Positions 1 through 10,199 of a stretch of DNA of 64,000 bases are shown here, piece after piece. Below the pieces are notes generated by a model. It was not told where the DNA came from. It searched no databases and was given only the letters and a program-made list of their open reading frames with translations. The stretch is from contig JAUYJS010000003.1 of the NCBI GenBank assembly GCA_030698565.1, forward strand, positions 76,187 to 140,186. The letters are read 5' to 3'. Origin of the DNA: Candidatus Shapirobacteria bacterium (GTDB taxonomy: Bacteria > Patescibacteriota > Microgenomatia > UBA12405). Within the stretch, counting starts at the first letter, position 1, and each line of letters starts with the position of its first letter. The position numbers and the translations under genes are program-made.

Positions 1-1285
1 TCAATAAAGTTAAATTACACTTTACTCCTTTATTGGCAATAATATTTGTCATCTGATTCACCTGCAACGGTGTTACATCCAAGTCTCCCTGTCCTATGGA
101 CATATGATAAGTATTACCCAAAAACCATTTTTCACCCTTATTTTCCAATTTCCATTTTTCATCCGGCACCAATCCGGTCACTTCATTTGACAACTCAATT
201 CCAGTCTTTACTCCATAACCATATTTATCCGCCCAGGTTTTTATTCGATCCACCCCCAAAGCCTCGCCTAATTTATAAAAATAAATATCATTCGACCTCT
301 TAATTGCCTTGGTAATATCCACCATACCATCGGTACCGCCATTTTTAGTCCATTGCCAGTTAGAATAAGAATATTCACCCACCTTTATAATTCCCGTATC
401 CTCATAAGTGCTATTTTTATCAATCACCCCAGATTCCAAGCCAGCCGTTGCCATCACAATTTTAAAAACCGATCCCGGATGATATTTGCCAGCCACAGCT
501 CGATTTAAAAGAGGTAGTCCAATACTATCTCCCAAATAACTATTTATGGCATTATTATCCTGACTAAAAGAAAATACATTTGGATCAAAAGCCGGCGATG
601 ATACTAAGCTAATTATTTTCCCCGTCTTCGGTTCACTCATTATTACCACTGCTTTTCTGCCACCAAGTAGTTTATAAATTTTATCCTGCCAGTAGGCATC
701 AATACTCAAATTAATACTTTTCCCCTGTTCCGGTTCTTGTCTCCCCAACTCCCGCAAATATTTTCCCTTGGCATCCACTTCAATCAATCTTTTTCCATCC
801 ACGCCTCGTAAATCACAATCAAAAAATTCTTCAATTCCACCTCGACCAACCACTTCATCTTTTTGTAACTTATTTTGACAATTATTATCTTTTATATCCG
901 AATCTGCCACCTTTCCTACATAACCGCTCACAAATGCCAAAGCTTCTCCATACGGATAATGTCTTTTTAATTCATACGCCAAGTCTTTACCTTCAAATTT
1001 ATATCCATCAAAATCTCCCGCGTCTTGGTACAGCTTATTCCCATTATCCATCTTAAAATACTGATACACACTCTTGTCAATTATTCTCCCTTTTCTATCA
1101 TAAATAACTCCTCTCCCTGCTGGAATCATACTTTCCATTATCCGATTATCCCTAGCCATTGCCTGATAATATTTTTGTTTTATAATTGTTAATTTAAAAG
1201 CCCCAGAAAATAATAGTCCAAAACTTACCACCAAACTCCATCTCAATAACCAATATTTTCCTAAATCTTCGCCTACTTCATTCAT
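1..1285 (-). CDS. mrdA: Penicillin-binding protein 2 (runs off window start)
   Basis: Manual translation from ATG 1285: MNEVGEDLGKYWLLRWSLVVSFGLLF... (N-terminal TM), IPAGRGVIYDRKG, YHPGSVFKIV (SxxK), RSNDIYFY (SxD); directly downstream of mreB. Confidence 0.9.
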   Translation of the reverse strand, partial: MNEVGEDLGKYWLLRWSLVVSFGLLFSGAFKLTIIKQKYYQAMARDNRIMESMIPAGRGVIYDRKGRIIDKSVYQYFKMDNGNKLYQDAGDFDGYKFEGKDLAYELKRHYPYGEALAFVSGYVGKVADSDIKDNNCQNKLQKDEVVGRGGIEEFFDCDLRGVDGKRLIEVDAKGKYLRELGRQEPEQGKSINLSIDAYWQDKIYKLLGGRKAVVIMSEPKTGKIISLVSSPAFDPNVFSFSQDNNAINSYLGDSIGLPLLNRAVAGKYHPGSVFKIVMATAGLESGVIDKNSTYEDTGIIKVGEYSYSNWQWTKNGGTDGMVDITKAIKRSNDIYFYKLGEALGVDRIKTWADKYGYGVKTGIELSNEVTGLVPDEKWKLENKGEKWFLGNTYHMSIGQGDLDVTPLQVNQMTNIIANKGVKCNLTLL

Positions 1286-1286
1286 A

Positions 1287-2405
1287 CTAGCATCGGGTAA
1301 TTAATTTAATTTGACCCAACAAATCATGATTTTGAATCAATTCACCACATCCCCTAATCACACACAAACCAGCTTCATCCGCCACTCGTGTGGTAATTTT
1401 AGTTTCCGCTTCAATTAAGCGGTCTAAGCCTTTGATTTTAGCTCCATTACCCACCAGAATTATTCCTTTTTTCAATATATCATCCATAAGTTCCGGCGGG
1501 GCCTCGTCTAAAACCGCCGATACTAATTTTATAATTTTAGACACATCCATAGATATTGCCTCTCTAATTTCTGCTTCTGTTATTTTTATGCTTTTTGGCA
1601 ATCCCTTCTCCAAATCTCGTCCTCGTATAATAGTTGTTTTACCTTCATTTTTACTATTTTCCCACACATTACCGATTTCAATTTTAATTTTTTCAGCACT
1701 ATTTTGACCGATTAAAAGACCATATTTCATTTTAATATAATTGACAATGCTTAAATCAAACTCAATGCCAGCTACTTTTATTCCCTTACCCACCACCACT
1801 CCTCCCATCGAAATAACACTCACTTCTGTTTTACCTCCACCAATATCTACAACTATTAATCCAGAAGAACTATGAACCGGTAAACCCACACCAACTGCTG
1901 CTAAAACAGCTTCTTCCACCAAAGTCACTTCTCTAGCCCCAGCATTTAAAAAAATTGATTTTACTGCCCTTTTTTGGACTTGATTAATACTACTAGGCAC
2001 TCCCACTATTACTTTTGATTTTAAAATTTTAGGATATTTACTGGGAATTTCTTGAATCAATTTTAAATAATAAGAAATCAAATCTTGCACCGCTTCCAAA
2101 TCAGAAATTATTCCATTTTTAATTGGACTAATAACTTCAATTTGCACTGGTTCTTTATTGAACATTTCTTTGGCCTTGGTACCAAAAGCAATCGGTGTCA
2201 AAATTTTTGATTTAGGTGCCGACAACCCCGTCCACCTCTTTTTTTTCTGTCGCGAGATCATTGACGGTTCATCCACCACCACCCCTTTATCTTTAAGATA
2301 AACCAAAATATTACTACTCCCCAAGTCCACTCCAATGTCCCAACTCAAAAATGAAAGCGCTTTTCTATATTTTTCATTTAACCAAGATGTTTTCATCAAT
2401 TTCAA
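1287..2405 (-). CDS. mreB: Rod shape-determining actin-like protein MreB/Mbl
   Basis: IGVDLGSSN, VVDIGGGKTEV, GRDLEKGLPK motifs. Confidence 0.92.
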   Translation of the reverse strand: MKLMKTSWLNEKYRKALSFLSWDIGVDLGSSNILVYLKDKGVVVDEPSMISRQKKKRWTGLSAPKSKILTPIAFGTKAKEMFNKEPVQIEVISPIKNGIISDLEAVQDLISYYLKLIQEIPSKYPKILKSKVIVGVPSSINQVQKRAVKSIFLNAGAREVTLVEEAVLAAVGVGLPVHSSSGLIVVDIGGGKTEVSVISMGGVVVGKGIKVAGIEFDLSIVNYIKMKYGLLIGQNSAEKIKIEIGNVWENSKNEGKTTIIRGRDLEKGLPKSIKITEAEIREAISMDVSKIIKLVSAVLDEAPPELMDDILKKGIILVGNGAKIKGLDRLIEAETKITTRVADEAGLCVIRGCGELIQNHDLLGQIKLITRC

Positions 2406-2419
2406 ATTATACTACTACT

Positions 2420-4408
2420 ATGAAATCAATTTCTGGAATTATTAAATTTGGCTTTCTATTTTTGTTATTTTTTACGCCCTTAATTTTTACCTCCTTCAAC
2501 TCCGAGCTATTCGAATTGCCCAAAATGTATTTTGTTTATTTAATTACTCTAATTATTCTAACTTTACATTTAATCAATTTTTTTCAAAATAAATCCAAAC
2601 TATTATCCACCAATCTTCTTGTTTTACCTCTTTTTCTTTTTTTACTGTCCCAAGGTATTTCCACATATTTTTCCGTCGACCAGCATACCTCAATTTTTGG
2701 CTATTACTCTCGTCTCAACGGCGGTTTACTTTCACTGATCTCTTATATAATTCTTTTTTTAATTTTAACTGTTTATATCGATAAGCCTTTTATTCAAAAA
2801 ATTATCAATGTTTCCCTTATTTCCGGATTAATCGTTTCTATTTATGCCATTGCCGAACATTTTGGTATCGATAAAGATATTTGGCTTCAAGATGTCCAAA
2901 ACCGAGTCTTCTCCACTTTCGGTCAACCCAACTGGTTAGCCGCTTACCTTTGCATTTTGATTCCCATTGGTTTGGCTCAATCTGTTGAATATTTCTATAA
3001 AAAAAATAAAATTTTATTTTTAATTTATGATCTATCGGCTATCATTTTTTTTCTAGCTTTACTTTTTACAAAATCTAAATCCGGTATTATCGCCGCCATT
3101 ATTTCTCTAGGTTTATTTTTTATTTTAAGTTTTCTCAAAAACAAAAAGTCTCTAAAATTATTAATTCTTAATTCTTCATTATTAATTCTTTTCTCATTAT
3201 CAATCAACAATCCCATCAAAGATCTCCTATTTCCCCAAAAACTAAAGATTGCAGATTCTAAAATTGAAAATTTAAATATTACTCCCTCCGAAGATATCCG
3301 AAAAATTGTCTGGAAAGGAGCCTTAGAACTTTGGCAAAAATTTCCTCTATTTGGTACTGGAGTTGAAACTTTTGCCTATTCCTATTACTGGACCCGACCC
3401 GCCGAGCACAACTTAACTTCCGAATGGGATTTCCTTTACAACAAAGCTCATAACGAATATATTAACTACTTGGCCACCACGGGTGCCCTTGGCTTACTCA
3501 CCTACTCTATTTTCATCGGTGCCATTCTCCTCTTATTTGTTAAAACCATATTAAAAGATAAAGATAATATCTATTTAAATTTAGGTTTATTAACCGCTTT
3601 TATTTCCATTTTAATTACCAATATTGCCGGATTTTCGGTCGTTGTTATATCTCTTTATTTTTTCTTACTTCCAGTATTAATCTCCAAAGATAAATCCAGT
3701 TTTATATTTTCTTTTAATTTCCCTAAATTTATTTCGGCTACCAGTTCTATTGTCATTATAATAGTAGCTTTATTCCTTGGTCAAAAAACTCTTTTCTTTT
3801 ACCTGGCTGACATTACTTATGCCCAAGCTTCTGAATATGACGATCAAAATAAATATAATTTAGCCTATGAACGAATCCAAGAAAGTATTGCCTACAGAAA
3901 TGACGAACCTGTTTATTTAGATAAAGCTTCTTCAGTTACAGCCAAAATGGCTCTTGTCGCTCACAGTCAAAAGAATGACGCCTTAACTCAAAAATATATT
4001 TACGAAACCGAAAATTATTCTAATCAAGCCTTACTTATATCTCCCGCCAATATTAATTTCTGGAAAGAAAGAGCTCAAAGTTATTATTATCTTTCCAGTA
4101 TTGACCCAAAATACTTTCAAAATGCCATAACCGCCCTATCCAAAGCCACAATATTAGCCCCAACAGATGCCAAATCATTTTATTTATTAGGTAAATTTTT
4201 GCAAACAGCCAATCTATCCGACAAAGCCATTCCTTTTTACCAAAAAGCAATTGAACTCAAGTTTAATTACGATTATGCTTATTTTGATTTAGCCAAAATA
4301 TATTTCGATTCTAAAAACTATTCCGAAGCCAAAAAGTATTTTCAAATGGTCTTAAAATATGCTCCTGACAGCCAGGAAAGTAAAGATTATTTAAATAAAA
4401 TTAAGTAA
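2420..4408 (+). CDS. O-antigen ligase family membrane protein with C-terminal TPR repeats
   Basis: RVFSTFGQPNWLAAYL, FGTGVETF, KAHNEY motifs; many TMs; TPR-like tail; start placed at MKSISG. Confidence 0.8.
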   Translation: MKSISGIIKFGFLFLLFFTPLIFTSFNSELFELPKMYFVYLITLIILTLHLINFFQNKSKLLSTNLLVLPLFLFLLSQGISTYFSVDQHTSIFGYYSRLNGGLLSLISYIILFLILTVYIDKPFIQKIINVSLISGLIVSIYAIAEHFGIDKDIWLQDVQNRVFSTFGQPNWLAAYLCILIPIGLAQSVEYFYKKNKILFLIYDLSAIIFFLALLFTKSKSGIIAAIISLGLFFILSFLKNKKSLKLLILNSSLLILFSLSINNPIKDLLFPQKLKIADSKIENLNITPSEDIRKIVWKGALELWQKFPLFGTGVETFAYSYYWTRPAEHNLTSEWDFLYNKAHNEYINYLATTGALGLLTYSIFIGAILLLFVKTILKDKDNIYLNLGLLTAFISILITNIAGFSVVVISLYFFLLPVLISKDKSSFIFSFNFPKFISATSSIVIIIVALFLGQKTLFFYLADITYAQASEYDDQNKYNLAYERIQESIAYRNDEPVYLDKASSVTAKMALVAHSQKNDALTQKYIYETENYSNQALLISPANINFWKERAQSYYYLSSIDPKYFQNAITALSKATILAPTDAKSFYLLGKFLQTANLSDKAIPFYQKAIELKFNYDYAYFDLAKIYFDSKNYSEAKKYFQMVLKYAPDSQESKDYLNKIK

Positions 4409-4964
4409 ATTTAATCTTATCCACATTCCACTTCGCCATTTTTTCTCCCATCGCTTTAAAAAATTTACCCCCATCTTCTTTGACTCGGTCAATAAACAAA
4501 ACTCCATTTAGATGATCTAACTCGTGTTGATAAACCACTGCATTTAAACCGGTCAAAATTCCTTTTTTATTCACAAATTTTCCGTTTTCCATTTCTTGCC
4601 ACTTCACCGCAATTTTAAAATATCTCTGCAGGGTTCCATAATAATCAGGAAACGACAAACAGCCTTCCAAAAAATCTTCCTCCTTACCCTTGTCATTAAC
4701 TATCTTTAAAAATTCTTTGCGACCAAAAATTTTTTTAATTTCCGGATTAACATATACATTCACTATCTTTTTTTTACTATCTTTAATTCCAAAAAATCTT
4801 CTTTTCAATCCTATTTGAGGTGCCGCCAACCCCACTCCTATTTCCGTACTTTCTAGCACTTCAATTAGGCTTTTAATATCAGTTTCCAATTTAGAATCCA
4901 CCTCTTTTATTTCTTCCGTTTTTATCCTTAAAATTTCGTTAGGATAAATGACTATCTTTTTCAT
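4401..4964 (-). CDS. def: Peptide deformylase
   Basis: GVGLAAPQIG, EGCLS, QHELDHLNG. Confidence 0.95.
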   Translation of the reverse strand: MKKIVIYPNEILRIKTEEIKEVDSKLETDIKSLIEVLESTEIGVGLAAPQIGLKRRFFGIKDSKKKIVNVYVNPEIKKIFGRKEFLKIVNDKGKEEDFLEGCLSFPDYYGTLQRYFKIAVKWQEMENGKFVNKKGILTGLNAVVYQHELDHLNGVLFIDRVKEDGGKFFKAMGEKMAKWNVDKIKFT

Positions 4965-5014
4965 CCCTATATTTTATCAAATGCCATTGATTTTAAGTTA
5001 TAATTTCAATTAAC

Positions 5015-5878
5015 ATGATTAGAACAGTTTTCTTCGGATCTTCCGAATATTCCATTATTATTCTTCAAAGTCTTCTTAAAGCCGACAATTTTGAGGTAGT
5101 CACTGTCGTTAGTAAAGAAGACAAACCTACCGGTCGCCAACAAATTATTACTCCAAACCCCATGGCTAAATTTGCCAAGGAAAATAATTTAAACTTACTT
5201 CAACCCGCCAATTTTACTCCAGATTTTATTGATAAATTCAAAAAATTAGATCCTGATTTAGGTATAGTTGTTGCTTACGGCCCACCCTATTTTACAAAAG
5301 AAATGATCAACATCCCCATATTTAAAATCGTCAATATTCATCCATCACCTCTACCCAAATACCGCGGCGCCACACCTGGTCCCTGGCAAATAATTAATGG
5401 CGAAACTGAAAGTGCTGTTTCTTTTTTTCAAATCGACGCCCTACCCGATCATGGCTCCTTAATCGCCCAAATCCCTTTTAAAATCGAACCAAATGAAACC
5501 GCTCAGACTTTTTATAACAAGGCTTTTAATTTAGCTGCTTCAAATCTAGACTCTATTTTAGCTAAATATATTAACAATCCAAACGAACTAATTATCCAAG
5601 ATCATAGTCAAAAAACTTATTTTCCAAAATTTACCAAAGAATCAGCCCAAATCGACTGGTCTTGGTCAATACAAAAGATTGAAAGATTTATTCGAGCCCT
5701 AAGTCTTTGGCCAATTGCCTGGACTTACGTTGAAAACCAATTTCATCAAAAACTAAAAATGAAAATTTATTCATCTATATTAGACAAAGAAAATTTAGTA
5801 CCCAAAGACGTTCAAGTTGAAGGAAAAAAAATTACTTCATGGCGAGATATAAGCCAATATTATATTATCTTGAAGTAA
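5015..5878 (+). CDS. fmt: Methionyl-tRNA formyltransferase
   Basis: VNIHPSPLPKYRGATP; adjacent to def. Confidence 0.93.
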   Translation: MIRTVFFGSSEYSIIILQSLLKADNFEVVTVVSKEDKPTGRQQIITPNPMAKFAKENNLNLLQPANFTPDFIDKFKKLDPDLGIVVAYGPPYFTKEMINIPIFKIVNIHPSPLPKYRGATPGPWQIINGETESAVSFFQIDALPDHGSLIAQIPFKIEPNETAQTFYNKAFNLAASNLDSILAKYINNPNELIIQDHSQKTYFPKFTKESAQIDWSWSIQKIERFIRALSLWPIAWTYVENQFHQKLKMKIYSSILDKENLVPKDVQVEGKKITSWRDISQYYIILK

Positions 5879-5965
5879 AACTAGCTTCGGTCTCTATTCT
5901 TTAATTTTCTGTTTTTTTTGTATTCCAACCAACAAATTTCAACCATAAAATCGGCTATTTATTTT

Positions 5966-5994
5966 TTGACATTACCAAGCGAAAAATATTTAAT
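5966..5994 (+). promoter_or_regulatory. Sigma70-type promoter of the Lys-rich micropeptide gene
   Basis: TTGACA (5966-5971), 17 bp spacer, TTTAAT (5989-5994). Confidence 0.65.
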
Positions 5995-6014
5995 TAATTA
6001 AAGGAGGAAATAAT

Positions 6015-6083
6015 ATGGCAACAAAGAAAAAAACAGTCAAAAAAGCTAAGAAAAAAACAGTCAAAAAAGCTAAGAAAAAATAA
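6015..6083 (+). CDS. 22-aa Lys-rich micropeptide MATKKKTVKKAKKKTVKKAKKK
   Basis: AAGGAGG SD at 6001-6007, own promoter and downstream hairpin; 24-bp tandem repeat AAGAAAAAAACAGTCAAAAAAGCT x2. Confidence 0.7.
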   Translation: MATKKKTVKKAKKKTVKKAKKK

Positions 6084-6105
6084 ATAATCAAAGCTTTGAT
6101 TAGTC

Positions 6106-6135
6106 AAAAAACGGCGCCATTCGGCCCGTTTTTTG
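6106..6135. terminator. Bidirectional intrinsic terminator between micropeptide and rpmB
   Basis: AAAAAACGG-CGCC-ATTC-GGC-CCGTTTTTT imperfect hairpin with A/T tails. Confidence 0.6.
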
Positions 6136-6139
6136 TGTT

Positions 6140-6340
6140 CTAGGCTTTTACTATTTCCTTAGCTTCGTTTTTCATTTTCTTTAGGCATTTAGTACAAAAC
6201 TTACCGCTGATTTTTTCCTCACCTACAACCAGCGTAACCTTTTGAATGTTAGCCATATAAGTTCTTGGTGTTCGATTTTGTGCGTGGGATCGGATACGAC
6301 CAATTCTGGTTCCTTTTCCACATAGTGTACATGTTCTCAT
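6140..6340 (-). CDS. rpmB: 50S ribosomal protein L28
   Basis: MRTCTLCGKG...RSHAQNRTPRTYMANIQ...CTKCLK. Confidence 0.9.
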   Translation of the reverse strand: MRTCTLCGKGTRIGRIRSHAQNRTPRTYMANIQKVTLVVGEEKISGKFCTKCLKKMKNEAKEIVKA

Positions 6341-6377
6341 ACGGGGTATAATAACAAAACATTAGCCTTTTTAAAAC

Positions 6378-6995
6378 ATGGTAAACATTTTATTCCTATT
6401 TTTTCTTATTATTGCGATTACCATCCATGAATTTTCCCACGCACTAGTCGCTGATTTTCTAGGCGACCCAACTCCTCGTTCTCATGGCCGTTTAACTTTA
6501 AATCCCATGGCTCATGCTGATTTATTTGGCACTATTCTTCTACCCCTTTTAAGTGCTCTTACAGGCATTCCTACTATCGGTTGGGCCAAACCAGTCCCAA
6601 TTGATCCTTACAATTTAGCTAATCCAAGAAGAGACGAATTTTTTATAGCTGCCGCTGGACCATTAAGCAATTTATTACTAGCTATAATCCTTTCTTTGGT
6701 GGTTCGTTTTTCAGGCATTAATAGCGATATTTTATCTATTGCTATTTTAATAAATATTTCCTTGGCTGTTTTCAACCTTATTCCTATTCCACCTCTTGAC
6801 GGTTCAAAAATTTTCTTCAATTTAATACCCGACTCTGAATCTTCATTGCAATGGCAAAAAACGTTAGATCAATACGGTTTTATTATCCTATTAGTATTAC
6901 TTTTTGTTCCTTTTGGTAATTCCAGTTTACTGAGATTAATTATGTCACCTATCATTCACGGATTCAGTAACCTCCTAATTCCAGCTCGTTTTTAA
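6378..6995 (+). CDS. Site-2 protease (M50) family membrane metalloprotease
   Basis: HEFSH, AAGPLSN, FNLIPIPPLDGSK. Confidence 0.92.
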   Translation: MVNILFLFFLIIAITIHEFSHALVADFLGDPTPRSHGRLTLNPMAHADLFGTILLPLLSALTGIPTIGWAKPVPIDPYNLANPRRDEFFIAAAGPLSNLLLAIILSLVVRFSGINSDILSIAILINISLAVFNLIPIPPLDGSKIFFNLIPDSESSLQWQKTLDQYGFIILLVLLFVPFGNSSLLRLIMSPIIHGFSNLLIPARF

Positions 6996-7211
6996 TTATT
7001 TTTTGTCAATCAATTCGTTTAAGTTTTCGACCATTATTTTAATATCGTTTTCGTCCATGCCATGCGCCATCCCCCCTTGTTCTAATGTTTCCATCGCCGA
7101 TGCAAAACAACTAAAACAATGCAAACCATAATCCTCCATCAAAATATTGATTAAATCAGGATACGCTCCCACTAACTCCGAAATCAGCATTTCTTTATAT
7201 ATTTTTTTCAT
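6996..7211 (-). CDS. DUF1858-like small protein
   Basis: GLHCFSCFASAMETLEQGGMAHG pattern. Confidence 0.75.
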   Translation of the reverse strand: MKKIYKEMLISELVGAYPDLINILMEDYGLHCFSCFASAMETLEQGGMAHGMDENDIKIMVENLNELIDKK

Positions 7212-7597
7212 ATTTCACTTAATTTAACTTTTTTCATTTCATTAAACATGCCTATTTCTATTCGGTTCCAAATACTCGCAATAGCACAAACATTTAATCT
7301 TTTACATCCCTTGTCCGACAAACATTCAACCAAATGCTTGTTTTCTCCCAAAGCTTCAACCAAATCATAAAGACTTTTATTTTTAAAATCTGCCGCCAAA
7401 AAATAACCACCCATCTTCCCCTCTTTGCTTTCTACAATACCGCTCGATCGTAAAAAAGAGGCTATTTGTCCCAGGAATCTATAGGGTAACACTAACTTTT
7501 CTGCCGCACTAGTCAAAGACACAATCTCTCCCTGTCTTTTGGACAAATATGATATAAAAATTATGCTATATTCGATTTTTTTTGATATGCTGATCAT
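7208..7597 (-). CDS. Rrf2-family transcriptional regulator
   Basis: VESKEGKMGGYFLA wing; three C-terminal Cys. Confidence 0.88.
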   Translation of the reverse strand: MISISKKIEYSIIFISYLSKRQGEIVSLTSAAEKLVLPYRFLGQIASFLRSSGIVESKEGKMGGYFLAADFKNKSLYDLVEALGENKHLVECLSDKGCKRLNVCAIASIWNRIEIGMFNEMKKVKLSEI

Positions 7598-7610
7598 GGT
7601 ACAATTATAT

Positions 7611-7765
7611 ATCCTACCAAAAGTGTAGTTTTGAGAAGGTGTTTTTTCTAACTAAACTTCTATATTGGGGGGCGCGTCTTTTGAAACCTTGGTTTTAAGA
7701 GTAGTTCTCCACCACGTGCTTTTTAGCATGGAAAAGCCACTATTGAAACGAACTTTTGGTGGGAT
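7611..7765 (+). ncRNA. 6S RNA-like long hairpin (candidate SsrS)
   Basis: 14-bp terminal stem ATCCTACCAAAAGT/ACTTTTGGTGGGAT, further helices, central bubble with a small 3' hairpin (CGTGCT-TTTT-AGCATG), apical stem; TG-G-TACAAT extended -10 at about 7597-7605. Confidence 0.65.
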
Positions 7766-7770
7766 TTCTT

Positions 7771-8910
7771 TTATATACTGTTCGCCTTTTCCCAAACCAA
7801 TTCCAAACTTTTACTATTATTTATCGCCTCTTTTTCAATCGTTTCCTTAAATTTGTCTTTAAATAACGACGGATTTTTAATATATCTTGCTAAAAATTCC
7901 GATGCCAATCCATTCTTTTCCTTAATCCAACCCAATTTTTTCCGTTTAATTAAAACTAAATTACCGTCTTCCTGACCTCCAATATGGGTGATAGCTACAA
8001 ACGGCTTTTCAGTTGCTACTACATCAAACAAAAAATTTGGACCAGCTTTACCAAAAACTATATCGCAAGCAGACAAAACTTCGGCCATATTATCAATCCA
8101 ACCCAAATTTTTAATCACCACCAAGTCATCTTTTCTAAGTTTTTTAAATAATTTAATAAATTCCTGAACCATGTTATAGCCTAATTTGTCAGTACCGGTA
8201 TTGAATACCACCCCAACCTTGTTTTTAACCAACATTAGTATTGGTAAAATACGTGTCAAAGAATTAGTCCCCAAACTACCACCACCTACAAAAATTACTG
8301 GCCGATCATCGTTGAATCCAAGTTTTTTTCTTGATTTTTCTCTGTCATATTTGGTATACATTTCTGGTCTCACCCACCAACCAGTTTTTAAAATTTTATC
8401 GCATTCTATACCATATTTTTGTGCCATTTTTTCAGCCACCTCATCATATACCAAACTTAAATCCGCTCCTTTTACAAAAGTGATCGGATTTACTGTCCAT
8501 GGATCAGCCACAATATTCCACAGTTTAAACTTCTGATTTGTTTTTTCGCGCAATTTAACCAAAGAATGACTATGGAAGAAATAAGCTGAAATTATTAGAT
8601 CTGGCTTAAGTTTTTCTACATTTTTTTTTAATTTTGGTAAATTCATTACAGAAATTTCTTCTACAAATCCTCTTGCTGTTTTGTTCTCAAAAAACCGATG
8701 AGCTATTCTATTGGACGAGGGCATATATCTATATATAAAAGAATATAAATCCCCCGCCAGTCCTATATTTGGCTCAACTTCTTCGTAATAAACTTTGTAG
8801 TTCGATTCTTTTTCTTTGTTTTTAAGATATCCGTACACCGCCTTAGCAATCGACCTATGCCCCCAGGGCATATGATCAGTCAAAACCAAAACTTTTTTCT
8901 TCGGTGTCAT
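7771..8910 (-). CDS. MGDG synthase/GT28-like glycosyltransferase
   Basis: WGHRSIAKA, GGGSLG, KAGPN, GGQEDGN. Confidence 0.8.
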   Translation of the reverse strand: MTPKKKVLVLTDHMPWGHRSIAKAVYGYLKNKEKESNYKVYYEEVEPNIGLAGDLYSFIYRYMPSSNRIAHRFFENKTARGFVEEISVMNLPKLKKNVEKLKPDLIISAYFFHSHSLVKLREKTNQKFKLWNIVADPWTVNPITFVKGADLSLVYDEVAEKMAQKYGIECDKILKTGWWVRPEMYTKYDREKSRKKLGFNDDRPVIFVGGGSLGTNSLTRILPILMLVKNKVGVVFNTGTDKLGYNMVQEFIKLFKKLRKDDLVVIKNLGWIDNMAEVLSACDIVFGKAGPNFLFDVVATEKPFVAITHIGGQEDGNLVLIKRKKLGWIKEKNGLASEFLARYIKNPSLFKDKFKETIEKEAINNSKSLELVWEKANSI

Positions 8911-8971
8911 TGTAGTTGTTATTTTACCTCAAAATAAACCATTCCATACTTTGTTATAATTAACCGAATTT

Positions 8972-9047
8972 GCCTGAATAGCTCAGTTGGTAGAGCATCC
9001 CTCTTGTAAAGGGAAGGTCGTCAGTCCGAATCTGACTTCAGGCTCCA
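8972..9047 (+). tRNA. tRNA-Thr(TGT)
   Basis: Cloverleaf GCCTGAA...TTCAGGC-T-CCA; anticodon loop CTTGTAA. Confidence 0.95.
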
Positions 9048-9084
9048 AAAAGTTTGCTAAAGCCTATGTTATAATCCCTCTTAC

Positions 9085-9837
9085 ATGACAGAAAGATTAA
9101 CCGGAGGATCGGAAATAAGTAGAACAATAGAGGGGGAAAGAACCTTCCCCACTCTAGATAATTTGCAAGAACATTTCATTAATTTATACGACAGAAGAAA
9201 CAATGTATATTTGCCAGGAAGAAATATCAGAATCGAACTCTTCTATCGTGGTGTGGCCGATTTAGTAGACGCCGTTAGAAAAGAAGCAAATGAATATAAT
9301 GTCGAAAACATGTTAGCTCGAGTAGTATCCAGGATTTTTTGTATTGCAAATGGCATTAATAATGTTTCTGTAGCAGAAGGTATGAGAATAAAATATCCTG
9401 CAAACGGATGTTTTTATTGTCATAACGTGCCATGCCAATGTCAAGAAAAAAGAAACGAGCCTGATACCACCCTTGATGTTAGTTCGGCCCAAAAAAACTG
9501 GAGTTTAAAAGATTGGCAAAAACACCTAAATAATCTTTATGGAGATAAGAACAAGAATCATGGCATCAGTTACATGCTCCTTAGATTGTCGTCTGAGATG
9601 GGAGAACTTATTACCGAAGAACATCAAGTTTCAAAAAGAATGATGGATGAAATTGAATCAGGCTACCAATTAGAACTTGCTGATTCATTAGCTTGGACGA
9701 TTGCTGTTGCTAATTTTCTCAATATTGATATTCAGCATGCTGTAGAAAGTCGATACAAAAATGGTTGTCAAAAATGTAGTCAACCTTCTTGTGTCTGTGG
9801 TCCCCACAGTTTTGATCAAATAAGATTTAATATTTAA
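9085..9837 (+). CDS. Tandem MazG-like NTP pyrophosphohydrolase with Cys-rich motifs
   Basis: LSSEMGEL...ELADSLAW; two CxxC-xxx-CxC motifs (CFYCHNVPCQC, CQKCSQPSCVC). Confidence 0.7.
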   Translation: MTERLTGGSEISRTIEGERTFPTLDNLQEHFINLYDRRNNVYLPGRNIRIELFYRGVADLVDAVRKEANEYNVENMLARVVSRIFCIANGINNVSVAEGMRIKYPANGCFYCHNVPCQCQEKRNEPDTTLDVSSAQKNWSLKDWQKHLNNLYGDKNKNHGISYMLLRLSSEMGELITEEHQVSKRMMDEIESGYQLELADSLAWTIAVANFLNIDIQHAVESRYKNGCQKCSQPSCVCGPHSFDQIRFNI

Positions 9838-9843
9838 TCCTAC

Positions 9844-10133
9844 CTATTCTTTACATTCTTCAACATCATATATCCCCAAAGCTTTTCTCAATGCCCTATC
9901 ATAAATTTTTTGACCACGTCCATCTTCCTCACTAACAGGCCCATCACCCATACTATCAATCACCGACTCAAACAATATTTGTAATTCTTCAAGGCTACCT
10001 CCATATTGATGATAAGCAATAATCAATGTTTCTAATTTAACTTGGTAAATGTTATACCTTCCCGTATCTCTTCTGTCTGCAATCGTCTTTTTTCCCATTC
10101 CAATTGTGGTTCTGTAGGCGATTTCTCTCCCAT
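9844..10133 (-). pseudogene. Hypothetical protein, apparently frameshifted
   Basis: ATG 10133 frame MGEKSPTEPQLEWEKRRLQTEEIREGITFTKLN* switches near 10035 into the KLETLIIAY... frame ending at 9844. Confidence 0.4.
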
Positions 10134-10199
10134 ATTTAAAACCATATTAACACAATAAAAATAATTCTTCCAAGAATAGACATTTAATTAACCTAATTT

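Noticed and set aside
7665-7850. 61-aa plus-strand ORF
   Set aside because: TTG start, overlaps the 6S-like RNA and is antisense to the glycosyltransferase end.
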